The translations under genes were made by a program, and so were the position numbers. Below, piece after piece: positions 26,101 through 38,434 of a stretch of DNA of 64,000 nucleotides. Within the stretch, counting starts at the first letter, position 1, and every line of letters begins with the position of its first letter. Location of the stretch: assembly GCF_009914755.1 (NCBI RefSeq), contig NC_060935.1; one strand, given 5' to 3'. The notes under the pieces are model-generated. The model saw only the letters and a list, made by a program, of their open reading frames with translations. It did not search any database and had not been told where the DNA came from. The DNA is from the human T2T-CHM13v2.0 reference genome, Homo sapiens.

Positions 26101-29100
26101 ACTTCTTTGTGATGTTTGCATTCAACTCACAGAGTTGAACCTTGCTTTCATAGTTCAGCTTTCAAACACTCTTTTTGTAGAATCTGCAAGTGGATATTTG
26201 GACCACTTTGTGGCCTTCCTTCGAAACGGGTATATCTTCACATCAAACCTAGACAGAAGCATTCTCAGAATGTTTCCTGTGATGACTGCATTCAACTCAC
26301 AGAGGTGAACAATCCTGCTGATGGAGCAGTTTTGAAACTCTCTTTCTTTGGATTCTGCATGTGGATATGTTGACCTCTGTGAAGATTTCGTTGGAAACGG
26401 GTTCATCTTCACAGAAAAACTAAACAGGAGCATTCTCAGAAACTGCTTTGTGATGTTTGTGTTCCACTTCAAGAATTGAACTTTCCTCTTGACAGAGCAG
26501 CTCTGAAACCCTCTTTTTCTAGAATCTGCAAGTGGACATTTGGAAGGATTTGAGGCCTGTGGTGGAAAAGGAAAATCTTCACATAAAAACTAGATGGGAG
26601 CATTCTCAGAAACTACTTTGTGATGATTGCATTCGACTCACAGAGTTGAACATTCCTATAGATAGAGCAGGTTGTAAACAATCTTTTTGTAGAATCTGCG
26701 ATTGGAGATTTGGACTGCTTTGAGGCCTACTGTAGTAAAGGAAATTACTTCATCTAAAAACGAAACGGAAGCATTCACAGACAATTCTTAGTGATCATTG
26801 GATTGAACTAACAGAGCTGAACACTCCTTTAGATGGAGCAGTTTCCAAACCCACTTTCTGTAGAATCTGCAAGTGGATATTTGGACTTCTCTGAGGATTT
26901 CGTTGGAAACGGGATAAACTTCCCAGAACTACACGGAAGCATTGTGAGAAACTTCTTTGTGATGTTTGCATTCAACTCACAGAGTTGAACCTTGTTTTCA
27001 TAGTTCAGCTTTCAAACACTCTTTTTGTAGAATCTGCAAGTGGATATTTGGACCACTTTGTGGCCTTCCTTCGAAACGGGTATATCTTCACATCAAACCT
27101 AGACAGAAACATTCTCAGAATGTTTCCTGTGATGACTGCATTCAACTCACAGAGGTGAACAATCCTGCTGATGGAGCACTTTTGAAACTCTCTTTCTTTG
27201 GATTCTGCAAGTTGATATGTGGTCCTCTGTGAAGATTTCGTTGGAAACGGGTTCATCTTCACAGAAAAATTAAACAGAAGCATTCTCAGAAACTACTTTG
27301 TGATGTTTGTGTTCCACTTCAAGAATTGAACTTTCCTCTTGACAGAGCAGCTCTGAAACCCTCTTTTTCTAGAATCTGCAAGTGGACATTTGGAGGGCTT
27401 TGAGGCCTGTGGTGGAAAAGGAAAATCTTCACATGAAAACTAGATGGAAGCATTCTCAGAAACTACTTTGTGATGATTGCATTCGACTCACAGAGTTGAA
27501 CATTCCTATAGATAGAGCAGGTTGTAAACAATCTTTTTGTAGAATCTGCGATTGGAGATTTGGATTGCTTTGAGGCCTACTGTAGTAAAGGAAATAACTT
27601 CATCTAAAAACCAAACGGAAGCATTCACAGAAAATTCTTAGTGATCATTGCATTGAACTAACAGAGGTGAACATTCCTTTAGATGGCGCAGTTTCCAAAC
27701 ACACTTTCTGTAGAATCTGCAAGTGGATATTTGGACCTCTCTGAGGATTTCGTTGGAAACGGGATAAACTTCCCAGAACTACACGGAAGCATTGTGAGAA
27801 CTTCTTTGTGATGTTTGCATTCAACTCACAGAGTTGAACCTTGCTTTCATAGTTCAGCTTTCAAACACTCTTTTTGTAGAATCTGCAAGTGGATATTTGG
27901 ACCACTTTGTGACCTTCCTTCGAAACGGGTATATCTTCACATCAAACCTAGACAGAAGCATTCTCAGAATGTTTCCTGTGATGACTGCATTCAACTCACA
28001 GAGGTCAACAATCCTGCTGATGGAGCAGTTTTGAAACTCTCTTTCTTTGGATTCTGCAAGTGGATATGTGGACCTCTGTGAAGATTTCGTTGGAAACGGG
28101 TTCATCTTCACAGAAAAACTAAACAGGAGCATTCTCAGAAACTGCTTTGTGATGTTTGTGTTCCACTTTAAGAATTGAACTTTCCTCTTGACAGAGCAGC
28201 TCTGAAACCCTCTTTTTCTAGAATCTGCAAGTGGACATTTGGAGGGCTTTGAGGCCTGTGGTGGAAAAGGAAAATCTTCACATAAAAACTAGATGGAAGC
28301 ATTCTCAGAAACTACTTTGTGATGATTGCATTCGACGCACAGAGTTGAACATTCCTATAGATAGAGCAGGTTGTAAACAATCTTTTTGTAGAATCTGCGA
28401 TTGGAGATTTGGACTGCTTTGAGGCCTACTGTAGTAAAGGAAATAACTTCATCTAAAAACCAAACGGAAGCATTCACAGAAAATTCTCAGTGATCATTGG
28501 ATTGAACTAACAGAGCTGAACATTCCTTTAGATGGAGCAGTTTCCAAACAAACTTTCTGTAGAATCTGCAAGTGGATATTTGGACTTCTCTGAGAATTTC
28601 GTTGGAAAAGGGATAAACTTCCCAAAACTACACGGAAGCATTGTGAGAAACTTCTTTGTGATGTTTGCATTCAACTCACAGAGTTGAACCTTGCTTTCAT
28701 AGTTCAGCTTTCAAACACTCTTTTTGTAGAATCTGCAAGTGGATATTTGGACCACTTTGTGGCCTTCCTTCGAAACGGGTATATCTTCACATCAAACCTA
28801 GACAGAAGCATTCTCAGAATGTTTCCTGTGATGACTGCATTCAACTCACAGAGGTGAACAATCCTGCTGATGGAGCAGTTTTGAAACTCTCTTTCTTTGG
28901 ATTCTGCAAGTGGATATGTGGACCTCTGTGAAGATTTCGTTGGAAACGGGTTCATCTTCACAGAAAAACTAAACAGGAGCATTCTCAGAAAGTGCTTTGT
29001 GATGTTTGTGTTCCACTTCAGGAATTGAACTTTCCTCTTGACAGAGCAGCTCTGAAACCCTCTTATTCTAGAATCTGCAAGTGGACATTTGGAGGGCTTT

Positions 29101-29930
29101 GAGGCCTGTGGTGGAAAAGGAATATCTTCACATAAAAACTAGATGGAAGCATTCTCAGAAACTACTTTGTGATGATTGCATTCGACTCACAGAGTTGAAC
29201 ATTCCTATAGATAGAGCAGGTTGTAAACAATCTTTTTGTAGAATCTGCGATTGGAGATTTGGACTGCTTTGAGTCCTACTGTAGTAAAGGAAATAACTTC
29301 ATCTAAAAACCAAACGGAAGCATTCACAGACAATTCTTAGTGATCATTGCATTGAACTAACAGAGCTGAACATTCCTTTAGATGGAGCAGTTTCCAAACA
29401 CACTTTCTGTAGAACCTGCAAGTGGATATTTGGACCTCTCTGAGGATTTCGTTGGAAACGGGATAAACTTCCCAGAACTACACGGAAGCATTGTGAGAAA
29501 CTTCTTTGTGATGTTTGCATTCAACTCACAGAGTTGAACCTTGCTTTCATAGTTCAGCTTTCAAACACTCTTTTTGTAGAATCTGCAAGTGGATATTTGG
29601 ACCACTTTGTGGCCTTCCGTCGAAACGGGTATATCTTCACATCAAACCTAGACAGAAGCATTCTCAGAATGTTTCCTGTGATGACTGCATTCAACTCACA
29701 GAGGTGAACAATCCTGCTGATGGAGCAGTTTTGAAACTCTCTTTCTTTGGATTCTGCAAGTGGATATGTGGACCTCTGTGAAGATTTCGTTGGAAACGGG
29801 TTCATCTTCACAGAAAAACTAAACAGAAACATTCTCACAAACTGCTTTGTGATGTTTGTGTTCCACTTCAGGAATTGAACTTTCCTCTTGAAAGAGCAGC
29901 TCTAAAACCCTCTTATTCTAGAATCTGCAA
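21434..29930 (+). repeat. 10-HOR super-repeat unit (8,497 bp), copy 2a
   Basis: The variant order is the same as 1890-10386 at offset 19,544, including SNVs otherwise private to that copy. Confidence 0.9.
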
Positions 29931-32900
29931 GTGGAGATTTGGAGGGCTTTGAGGCCTGTGGTGGAAAAGGAAAATCTTCACATAAAAACTAGATGGAAGC
30001 ATTCTCAGAAACTACTTTGTGATGATTGCATTCGACTCACAGATTTGAACATTCCTATAGATAGAGCAGGTTGTAAACAATCTTTTTGTAGAATCTGCGA
30101 TTGGAGATTTGGACTGCTTTGAGGCCTACTGTAGTAAAGGAAATAACTTCATCTAAAAACCAAACGGAAGCATTCACAGACAATTCTTAGTGATCATTGG
30201 ATTGAACTAACAGAGCTGAACGTTCCTTTACATGGCGCAGTTTCCAAACACACTTTCTGTAGAATCTGCAAGTGGATATTTGGACTTCTCTGAGGATTTC
30301 GTTGGAAACGGGATAAACTTCCCAGAACTACACGGAAGCATTGTGAGAAACTTCTTTGTGATGTTTGCATTCAACCCACAGAGTTGAAACTTGCTTTCAT
30401 AGTTCAGCTTTCAAACACTCTTTTTGTAGAATCTGCAAGTGGATATTTGGACCAATTTTGGGCTTCCTTCGAAACGGGTATATCTTCACATCAAACCTAG
30501 ACAGAAACATTCTCAGAATGTTTCCTGTGATGACTGCATTCAACTCACAGAGGTGAACAATCCTGCTGATGGAGCAGTTTTGAAACTCTCTTTCTTTGGA
30601 TTCTGCAAGTGGATATGTGGACCTCTGTGAAGATTTAGTTGGAAACGTGTTCATCTTCACAGAAAAACTAAACAGGAGCATTCTCAGAAACTGCTTTGTG
30701 ATGTTTGTGTTCCACTTCAAGAATTGAACTTTCCTCTTGACAGAGCAGCTCTGAAACCCTATTTTTCTAGAATATGCAAGTGGACATTTGGAGGGCCTTG
30801 AGGCCTGTGGTGGAAAAGGAAAATCTTCACATAAAAACTAGATGGAAGCATTCTCAGAAACTACTTTGTGATGATTGCATTCGACGCACAGAGTTGAACA
30901 TTCCTATAGATAGAGCAGGTTGTAAACAATCTTTTTGTAGAATCTGCGATTGGAGATTTGGACTGCTTTGAGGCCTACTGTAGTAAAGGAAATAACTTCA
31001 TCTAAAAACCAAACGGAAGCATTCACAGACAATTCTTAGTGATCATTGCATTGAACTAACAGAGCTGAACATTCCTTTAGATGGAGCAGTTTCCAAACCC
31101 ACTTTCTGTAGAATCTGCAAGTGGATATTTGGACTTCTCTGAGGATTTCGTTGGAAACGGGATAAAATTCCCAGAACTACACGGAAGCATTCTGAGAAAC
31201 TTCTTTGTAATGTTTGCATTCAACTCACAGAGTTGAACCTTGCTTTCATAGTTCAGCTTTCAAACACTCTTTTTGTACAATCTGCAAGTGGATATTTGGA
31301 CCACTTTGTGGCCTTCCTTCGAAACGGGTATATCTTCATATCAAACCTAGACAGAAGCATTCTCAGAATGTTTCCTGTGATGACTGCATTCAACTCACAG
31401 AGGTGAACAATCCTGCTGATGGAGCAGTTTTGAAACTCTCTTTCTTTGGATTCTGCAAGTGGATATGTGGACCTCTGTGAAGATTTCGTTGGAAACGGGT
31501 TCATCTTCACAGAAAAACTAAACAGGAGCATTCTCAGAAAGTGCTTTGTGATGTTTGTGTTCCACTTCAGGAATTGAACTTTCCTCTTGACAGAGCAGCT
31601 CTGAAACCCTCTTTTTCTAGAATCTGCAAGTGGACATTTGGAGGGCTTTGAGGCCTGTGGTGGAAAAGGAAAATCTTCACATAAAAACTAGATGGAAGCA
31701 TTCTCAGAAACTACTTTGTGATGATTGCATTCGACTCACAGAGTTGAACATTCCTATAGATAGAGCAGGTTGTAAACAATCTTTTTGTAGAATCTGCGAT
31801 TGGAGATTTGGACTGCTTTGAGGCCTACTGTAGTAGAGGAAATAACTTCATCTAAAAACCAAACGGAAGCATTCACAGACAATTCTTAGTGATCATTGCA
31901 TTGAACTAACAGAGCTGAACATTCCTTTAGATGGAGCAGTTTCCAAACACACTTTCTGTAGAATCTGCAAGTGGATATTTGGACTTCTCTGAGGATTTCG
32001 TTAGAAACGGGATAAACTTCCCAGAACTACACGGAAGCATTCTGAGAAACTTCTTTGTGATGTTTGCATTCAACTCACAGAGTTGAACCTTGCTTTCATA
32101 GTTCAGCTTTCAAACACTCTTTTTGTAGAATCTGCAAGTGGATATTTGGACCACTTTGTGGCCTTCCTTCGAAACGGGTATATCTTCACATCAAACCTAG
32201 ACAGAAGCATTCTCAGAATGTTTCCTGTGATGACTGCATTCAACTCACAGAGGTGAACAATCCTGTTGATGGAGCAGTTTTGAAACTCTCTTTCTTTGGA
32301 TTCTGCAAGTTGATATGTGGACCTCTGTGAAGATTTCGTTGGAAACGGGTTCATCTTCACAGAAAAACTAAACAGAATCATTCTCAGAAACTGCTTTGTG
32401 ATGTTTGTGTTCCACTTCAAGAATTGAACTTTCCTCTTGACAGAGCAGCTCTGAAACCCTCTTTTTCTAGAATCTGCAAGTGGACATTTGGAGGGCTTTG
32501 AGGTCTGTGGTGGAAAAGGAAAATCTTCACATAAAAACTAGATGGAAGCATTCTCAGAAACTACTTTGTGATGATTGCATTCGACTCACAGAGTTGAACA
32601 TTCCTATAGATAGAGCAGGTTGTAAACAATCTTTTTGTAGAATCTGCGATTGGAGATTTGGACTGCTTTGAGGCCTACTGTAGTAAAGGAAATAACTTCA
32701 TCTAAAAACCAAACGGAAGCATTCACAGACAATTCTTAGTGATCATTGCATTGAACTAACAGAGCTGAACATTCCTTTAGATGGAGCAGTTTCCAAACAC
32801 ACTTTTTGGAGAATCTGCAAGTGGATATTTGGACTTCTCTGAGGATTTCGTTGGAAACGGGATAAACTTCCCAGAACTACACGGAAGCATTGTGAGAAAC

Positions 32901-35900
32901 TTCTTTGTGATGTTTGCATTCAACTCACAGAGTTGAACCTTGCTTTCATAGTTCAGCTTTCAAACACTCTTTTTGTAGAATCTGCAAGTGCATATTTGGA
33001 CCACTTTGTGGCCTTCCTTCGAAACGGGTATATGTTCACATCAAACCTAGACAGAAGCATTCTCAGAATGTTTCCTGTGAAGACTGCATTCAACTCACAG
33101 AGATGAACAATCCTGTTGATGGAGCACTTTGGAAACTCTCTTTCTTGGGATTCTGCAATTTGATATGTGGACCTCTGTGAAGATTTCTTTGGAAACGTGT
33201 TCATCTTCACAGAAAAACTAAACAGAAGCATTCTCAAAAACTACTTTGTGATGTTTGTGTTCCACTTCAAGAATTGAACTTTCCTCTTGACAGAGCAGCT
33301 CTGAAAACCTCTTTTTCTAGAATCTGCAAGTGGACATTTGGAGGGCTTTGAGGCCTGTGGTGGAAAAGGAAAATCTTCACATAAAAACTAGATGGAAGCA
33401 TTCTCAGAAACTACTTTGTGATGATTGCATTCGACTCACAGAGTTGAACATTCCTATAGATAGAGCAGGTTGTAAACAATCTTTTTGTGGAATCTGCGAT
33501 TTGAGATTTGGACTGCTTTGAGGCCTACTGTAGTAGAGGAAATAACTTCATCTAAAAACCAAACGGAAGCATTCACAGACAATTCTTAGTGATCATTGCA
33601 TTGAACTAACAGAGCTGAACATTCCTTTAGATGGCGCAGTTTCCAAACACACTTTCTGTAGAATCTGCAAGTGGATATTTGGACCTCTCTGTGGATTTCG
33701 TTAGAAACGGGATAAACTTCCCAGAACTACACGGAAGCATGCTGAGAAACTTCTTTGTGATGTTTGCATTCAACTCACAGAGTTGAACCTTGCTTTCATA
33801 GTTCAGCTTTCAAACACTCTTTTTGTAGAATCTGCAAGTGGATATTTGGACCACTTTGTGGCCTTCCTTCGAAACGGGTATATCTTCACATCAAACCTAG
33901 ACAGAAGCATTCTCAGAATGTTTCCTGTGATGACTGCATTCAACTCACAGAGGTGAACAATCCTGCTGATGGAGCAATTTTGAAACTCTCTTTCTTTGGA
34001 TTCTGCAAGTGGATATGTGGACCTCTGTGAAGATTTCGTTGGAAACGGGTTCATCTTCACAGAAAAACTAAACAGAAGCATTCTCAGAAACTGCTTTGTG
34101 ATGTTTGTGTTCCACTTCAGGAATTGAACTTTCCTCTTGACAGAGCAGCTCTGAAACCCTCTTATTCTAGAATCTGCAAGTGGACATTTGGAGGGCTTTG
34201 AGGCCTGTGGTGGAAAAGGAAAATCTTCACATAAAAACTAGATGGAAGCATTCTCAGAAACTACTTTGTGATGATTGCATTCGACTCACAGAGTTGAACA
34301 TTCCTATAGATAGAGCAGGTTGTAAACAATCTTTTTCTAGAATCTGCTATTGGAGATTTGGACTCCTTTGAGGCCTACTGTAGTAAAGGAAATAACTTCA
34401 TCTAAAAACCAAACGGAAGCATTCACAGACAATTCTCAGGATCATTGGATTGAACTAACAGAGCTGAACATTCCTTTAGATGGAGCAGTTTCCAAACACA
34501 CTTTCTGTAGAATCTGCAAGTGGATATTTGGACTTCTCTGAGAATTTCGTTGGAAAAGGGATAAACTTCCCAGAACTACACGGAAGCATTGTGAGAAACT
34601 TCTTTGTGATGTTTGCATTCAACTCACAGAGTTGAACCTTGCTTTCATAGTTCAGCTTTCAAACACTCTTTTTGTAGAATCTGCAAGTGGATATTTGGAC
34701 CACTTTGTGGCCTTCCTTCGAAACGGGTATATCTTCACATCAAACCTAGACAGAAGCATTCTCAGAATGTTTCCTGTGATGACTGCATTCAACTCACAGA
34801 GGTGAACAATCCTGCTGATGGAGCAGTTTTGAAACTCTCTTTCTTTGGATTCTGCATGTGGATATGTTGACCTCTGTGAAGATTTCGTTGGAAACGGGTT
34901 CATCTTCACAGAAAAACTAAACAGGAGCATTCTCAGAAACTGCTTTGTGATGTTTGTGTTCCACTTCAAGAATTGAACTTTCCTCTTGACAGAGCAGCTC
35001 TGAAACCCTCTTTTTCTAGAATCTGCAAGTGGACATTTGGAAGGATTTGAGGCCTGTGGTGGAAAAGGAAAATCTTCACATAAAAACTAGATGGAAGCAT
35101 TCTCAGAAACTACTTTGTGATGATTGCATTCGACTCACAGAGTTGAACATTCCTATAGATAGAGCAGGTTGTAAACAATCTTTTTGTAGAATCTGCGATT
35201 GGAGATTTGGACTGCTTTGAGGCCTACTGTAGTAAAGGAAATTACTTCATCTAAAAACGAAACGGAAGCATTCACAGACAATTCTTAGTGATCATTGGAT
35301 TGAACTAACAGAGCTGAACACTCCTTTAGATGGAGCAGTTTCCAAACCCACTTTCTGTAGAATCTGCAAGTGGATATTTGGACTTCTCTGAGGATTTCGT
35401 TGGAAACGGGATAAACTTCCCAGAACTACACGGAAGCATTGTGAGAAACTTCTTTGTGATGTTTGCATTCAACTCACAGAGTTGAACCTTGTTTTCATAG
35501 TTCAGCTTTCAAACACTCTTTTTGTAGAATCTGCAAGTGGATATTTGGACCACTTTGTGGCCTTCCTTCGAAACGGGTATATCTTCACATCAAACCTAGA
35601 CAGAAACATTCTCAGAATGTTTCCTGTGATGACTGCATTCAACTCACAGAGGTGAACAATCCTGCTGATGGAGCACTTTTGAAACTCTCTTTCTTTGGAT
35701 TCTGCAAGTTGATATGTGGTCCTCTGTGAAGATTTCGTTGGAAACGGGTTCATCTTCACAGAAAAATTAAACAGAAGCATTCTCAGAAACTACTTTGTGA
35801 TGTTTGTGTTCCACTTCAAGAATTGAACTTTCCTCTTGACAGAGCAGCTCTGAAACCCTCTTTTTCTAGAATCTGCAAGTGGACATTTGGAGGGCTTTGA

Positions 35901-37300
35901 GGCCTGTGGTGGAAAAGGAAAATCTTCACATGAAAACTAGATGGAAGCATTCTCAGAAACTACTTTGTGATGATTGCATTCGACTCACAGAGTTGAACAT
36001 TCCTATAGATAGAGCAGGTTGTAAACAATCTTTTTGTAGAATCTGCGATTGGAGATTTGGATTGCTTTGAGGCCTACTGTAGTAAAGGAAATAACTTCAT
36101 CTAAAAACCAAACGGAAGCATTCACAGAAAATTCTTAGTGATCATTGCATTGAACTAACAGAGGTGAACATTCCTTTAGATGGCGCAGTTTCCAAACACA
36201 CTTTCTGTAGAATCTGCAAGTGGATATTTGGACCTCTCTGAGGATTTCGTTGGAAACGGGATAAACTTCCCAGAACTACACGGAAGCATTGTGAGAACTT
36301 CTTTGTGATGTTTGCATTCAACTCACAGAGTTGAACCTTGCTTTCATAGTTCAGCTTTCAAACACTCTTTTTGTAGAATCTGCAAGTGGATATTTGGACC
36401 ACTTTGTGACCTTCCTTCGAAACGGGTATATCTTCACATCAAACCTAGACAGAAGCATTCTCAGAATGTTTCCTGTGATGACTGCATTCAACTCACAGAG
36501 GTCAACAATCCTGCTGATGGAGCAGTTTTGAAACTCTCTTTCTTTGGATTCTGCAAGTGGATATGTGGACCTCTGTGAAGATTTCGTTGGAAACGGGTTC
36601 ATCTTCACAGAAAAACTAAACAGGAGCATTCTCAGAAACTGCTTTGTGATGTTTGTGTTCCACTTTAAGAATTGAACTTTCCTCTTGACAGAGCAGCTCT
36701 GAAACCCTCTTTTTCTAGAATCTGCAAGTGGACATTTGGAGGGCTTTGAGGCCTGTGGTGGAAAAGGAAAATCTTCACATAAAAACTAGATGGAAGCATT
36801 CTCAGAAACTACTTTGTGATGATTGCATTCGACGCACAGAGTTGAACATTCCTATAGATAGAGCAGGTTGTAAACAATCTTTTTGTAGAATCTGCGATTG
36901 GAGATTTGGACTGCTTTGAGGCCTACTGTAGTAAAGGAAATAACTTCATCTAAAAACCAAACGGAAGCATTCACAGAAAATTCTCAGTGATCATTGGATT
37001 GAACTAACAGAGCTGAACATTCCTTTAGATGGAGCAGTTTCCAAACAAACTTTCTGTAGAATCTGCAAGTGGATATTTGGACTTCTCTGAGAATTTCGTT
37101 GGAAAAGGGATAAACTTCCCAAAACTACACGGAAGCATTGTGAGAAACTTCTTTGTGATGTTTGCATTCAACTCACAGAGTTGAACCTTGCTTTCATAGT
37201 TCAGCTTTCAAACACTCTTTTTGTAGAATCTGCAAGTGGATATTTGGACCACTTTGTGGCCTTCCTTCGAAACGGGTATATCTTCACATCAAACCTAGAC
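29931..37300 (+). repeat. 10-HOR super-repeat, partial copy 2b (about 8.7 HORs)
   Basis: It matches 21434 onward at +8,497 (23983/32480, 27382/35879, 28231/36728) and diverges by about 37406 (TGCATGT). Confidence 0.85.
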
Positions 37301-38434
37301 AGAAGCATTCTCAGAATGTTTCCTGTGATGACTGCATTCAACTCACAGAGGTGAACAATCCTGCTGATGGAGCAGTTTTGAAACTCTCTTTCTTTGGATT
37401 CTGCATGTGGATATGTTGACCTCTGTGAAGATTTCGTTGGAAACGGGTTCATCTTCACAGAAAAACTAAACAGGAGCATTCTCAGAAACTGCTTTGTGAT
37501 GTTTGTGTTCCACTTCAAGAATTGAACTTTCCTCTTGACAGAGCAGCTCTGAAACCCTCTTTTTCTAGAATCTGCAAGTGGACATTTGGAAGGATTTGAG
37601 GCCTGTGGTGGAAACGGAAAATCTTCACATAAAAACTAGATGGAAGCATTCTCAGAAACTACTTTGTGATGATTGCATTCGACGCACAGAGTTGAACATT
37701 CCTATAGAGAGAGCAGGTTGTAAACAATCTTTTTGTAGAATCTGCGATTGGAGATTTGGACTGCTTTGAGGCTTACTGTAGTAAAGGAAATAACTTCATC
37801 TAAAAACCAAACGGAAGCATTCACAGACAATTCTTAGTGATCATTGGATTGAGCTAACAGAGCTGAACATTCCTTTAGATGGAGCAGTTTCCAAACCCAC
37901 TTTCTGTAGAATCTGCAAGTGGATATTTGTACTTCTCTGAGGATTTCGTTGGAAACGGGATAAACTTCCCAGAACTACACGGAAGCATTGTGAGAAACTT
38001 CTTTGTGATGTTTGCATTCAACTCACAGAGTTGAACCTTGCTTTCATAGTTCAGCTTTCAAACACTCTTTTTGTAGAATCTGCAAGTGGATATTTGGACC
38101 ACTTTGTGGCCTTCCTTCGAAACGGGTATATCTTCACATCAAACCTAGACAGAAGCATTCTCAGAATGTTTCCTGTGATGACTGCATTCAACTCACAGAG
38201 GTGAACAATTCTGCTGATGGAGCAGTTTTGAAACTCTCTTTCTTTGGATTCTGCAAGTGGATATGTGGACCTCTATGAAGATTTCGTTGGAAACGGGTTC
38301 ATCTTCACAGAAAAACTAAACAGAAACATTCTCACAAACTGCTTTGTGATGTTTGTGTTCCACTTCAGGAATTGAACTTTCCTCTTGACAGAGCAGCTCT
38401 GAAACCCTCTTTTTCTAGAATCTGCAAGTGGACA

